Origin: Eledone cirrhosa
Lineage: Eukaryota
NCBI GenBank assembly: GCA_964016885.1
Contig: OZ024758.1
Span: forward strand, 7,626,001-7,690,000
Reading direction: 5' to 3'
DNA: 64,000 nucleotides
Notes under the pieces: model-generated
The model's input: the letters and a program-made list of their open reading frames with translations, nothing else
Databases searched by the model: none
What the model was told of the DNA's origin: nothing
Shown here: positions 63,566 to 64,000 of the stretch, piece by piece
How the letters are laid out: each line of letters starts with the position of its first letter
Numbering within the stretch: the stretch's first letter is position 1
Program-made: the position numbers and the translations under genes

Positions 63566-64000
63566 TGTCAAACAAGTAAATTATCTAGATTTCTATTAAG
63601 ATAAAACTGCTAAAGGAATAATTGGAAGTGATTCATGTAGAATAGAGAAAAAGAATATCTGAAAAAAAATGTTAAATAAATCAGAATTAGTAATAAGTTT
63701 AAAAAGAAGTAAACTGAAAGGATTCATAAGCTAATATAATGAAATATTCTGGCAGCAATGTCAATTCACAAAAAAAAAAAAAAAATCAAATTGAATCTTT
63801 GATACTAAATAGAAAATATATCTTTTTTTTTCAAAATAGATGAGCAAATATCCTTTTGGTTGAGAAATAACTGAAATATATAAGTAAAAATCAAATCTAA
63901 AGTTCAACATTGGACAAAATATGGAACCAATACTATGTAGTTATCAGACTTCATTTAATCATTTAATGAGAGAGGAGGAGGAGGAGAAGAACTGAAGGTA

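Overview
AT-rich, repeat-dense, mostly non-coding animal DNA, most likely an octopod cephalopod. That assignment is inferred from recall of the SINE families and the microsatellite load. None of the supplied ORFs is a credible intact gene; nearly all are translations of micro- or minisatellites. The window contains two tRNA-derived SINE families, one sharing its 3' end with an RTE LINE, plus decayed RTE and CR1 LINE fragments. It also has four MITE families (two TA-target Tc1/mariner type, two TTAA-target piggyBac type) that are repeatedly nested, and eight minisatellite arrays, one with a ~1.7-kb higher-order duplication. The most interesting signals are three. (i) Short elements embedded in (TA)n carry type I hammerhead ribozyme cores or long hairpins, as in Penelope-like elements. 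(ii) Two stacked 3' ends of a non-LTR element sit inside a GATA repeat with an 18-bp target-site duplication. (iii) A low-confidence chain of small minus-strand exons, partly phase-compatible, suggests the window is largely intronic to an unidentified gene. All calls were made by eye; no searches were run.
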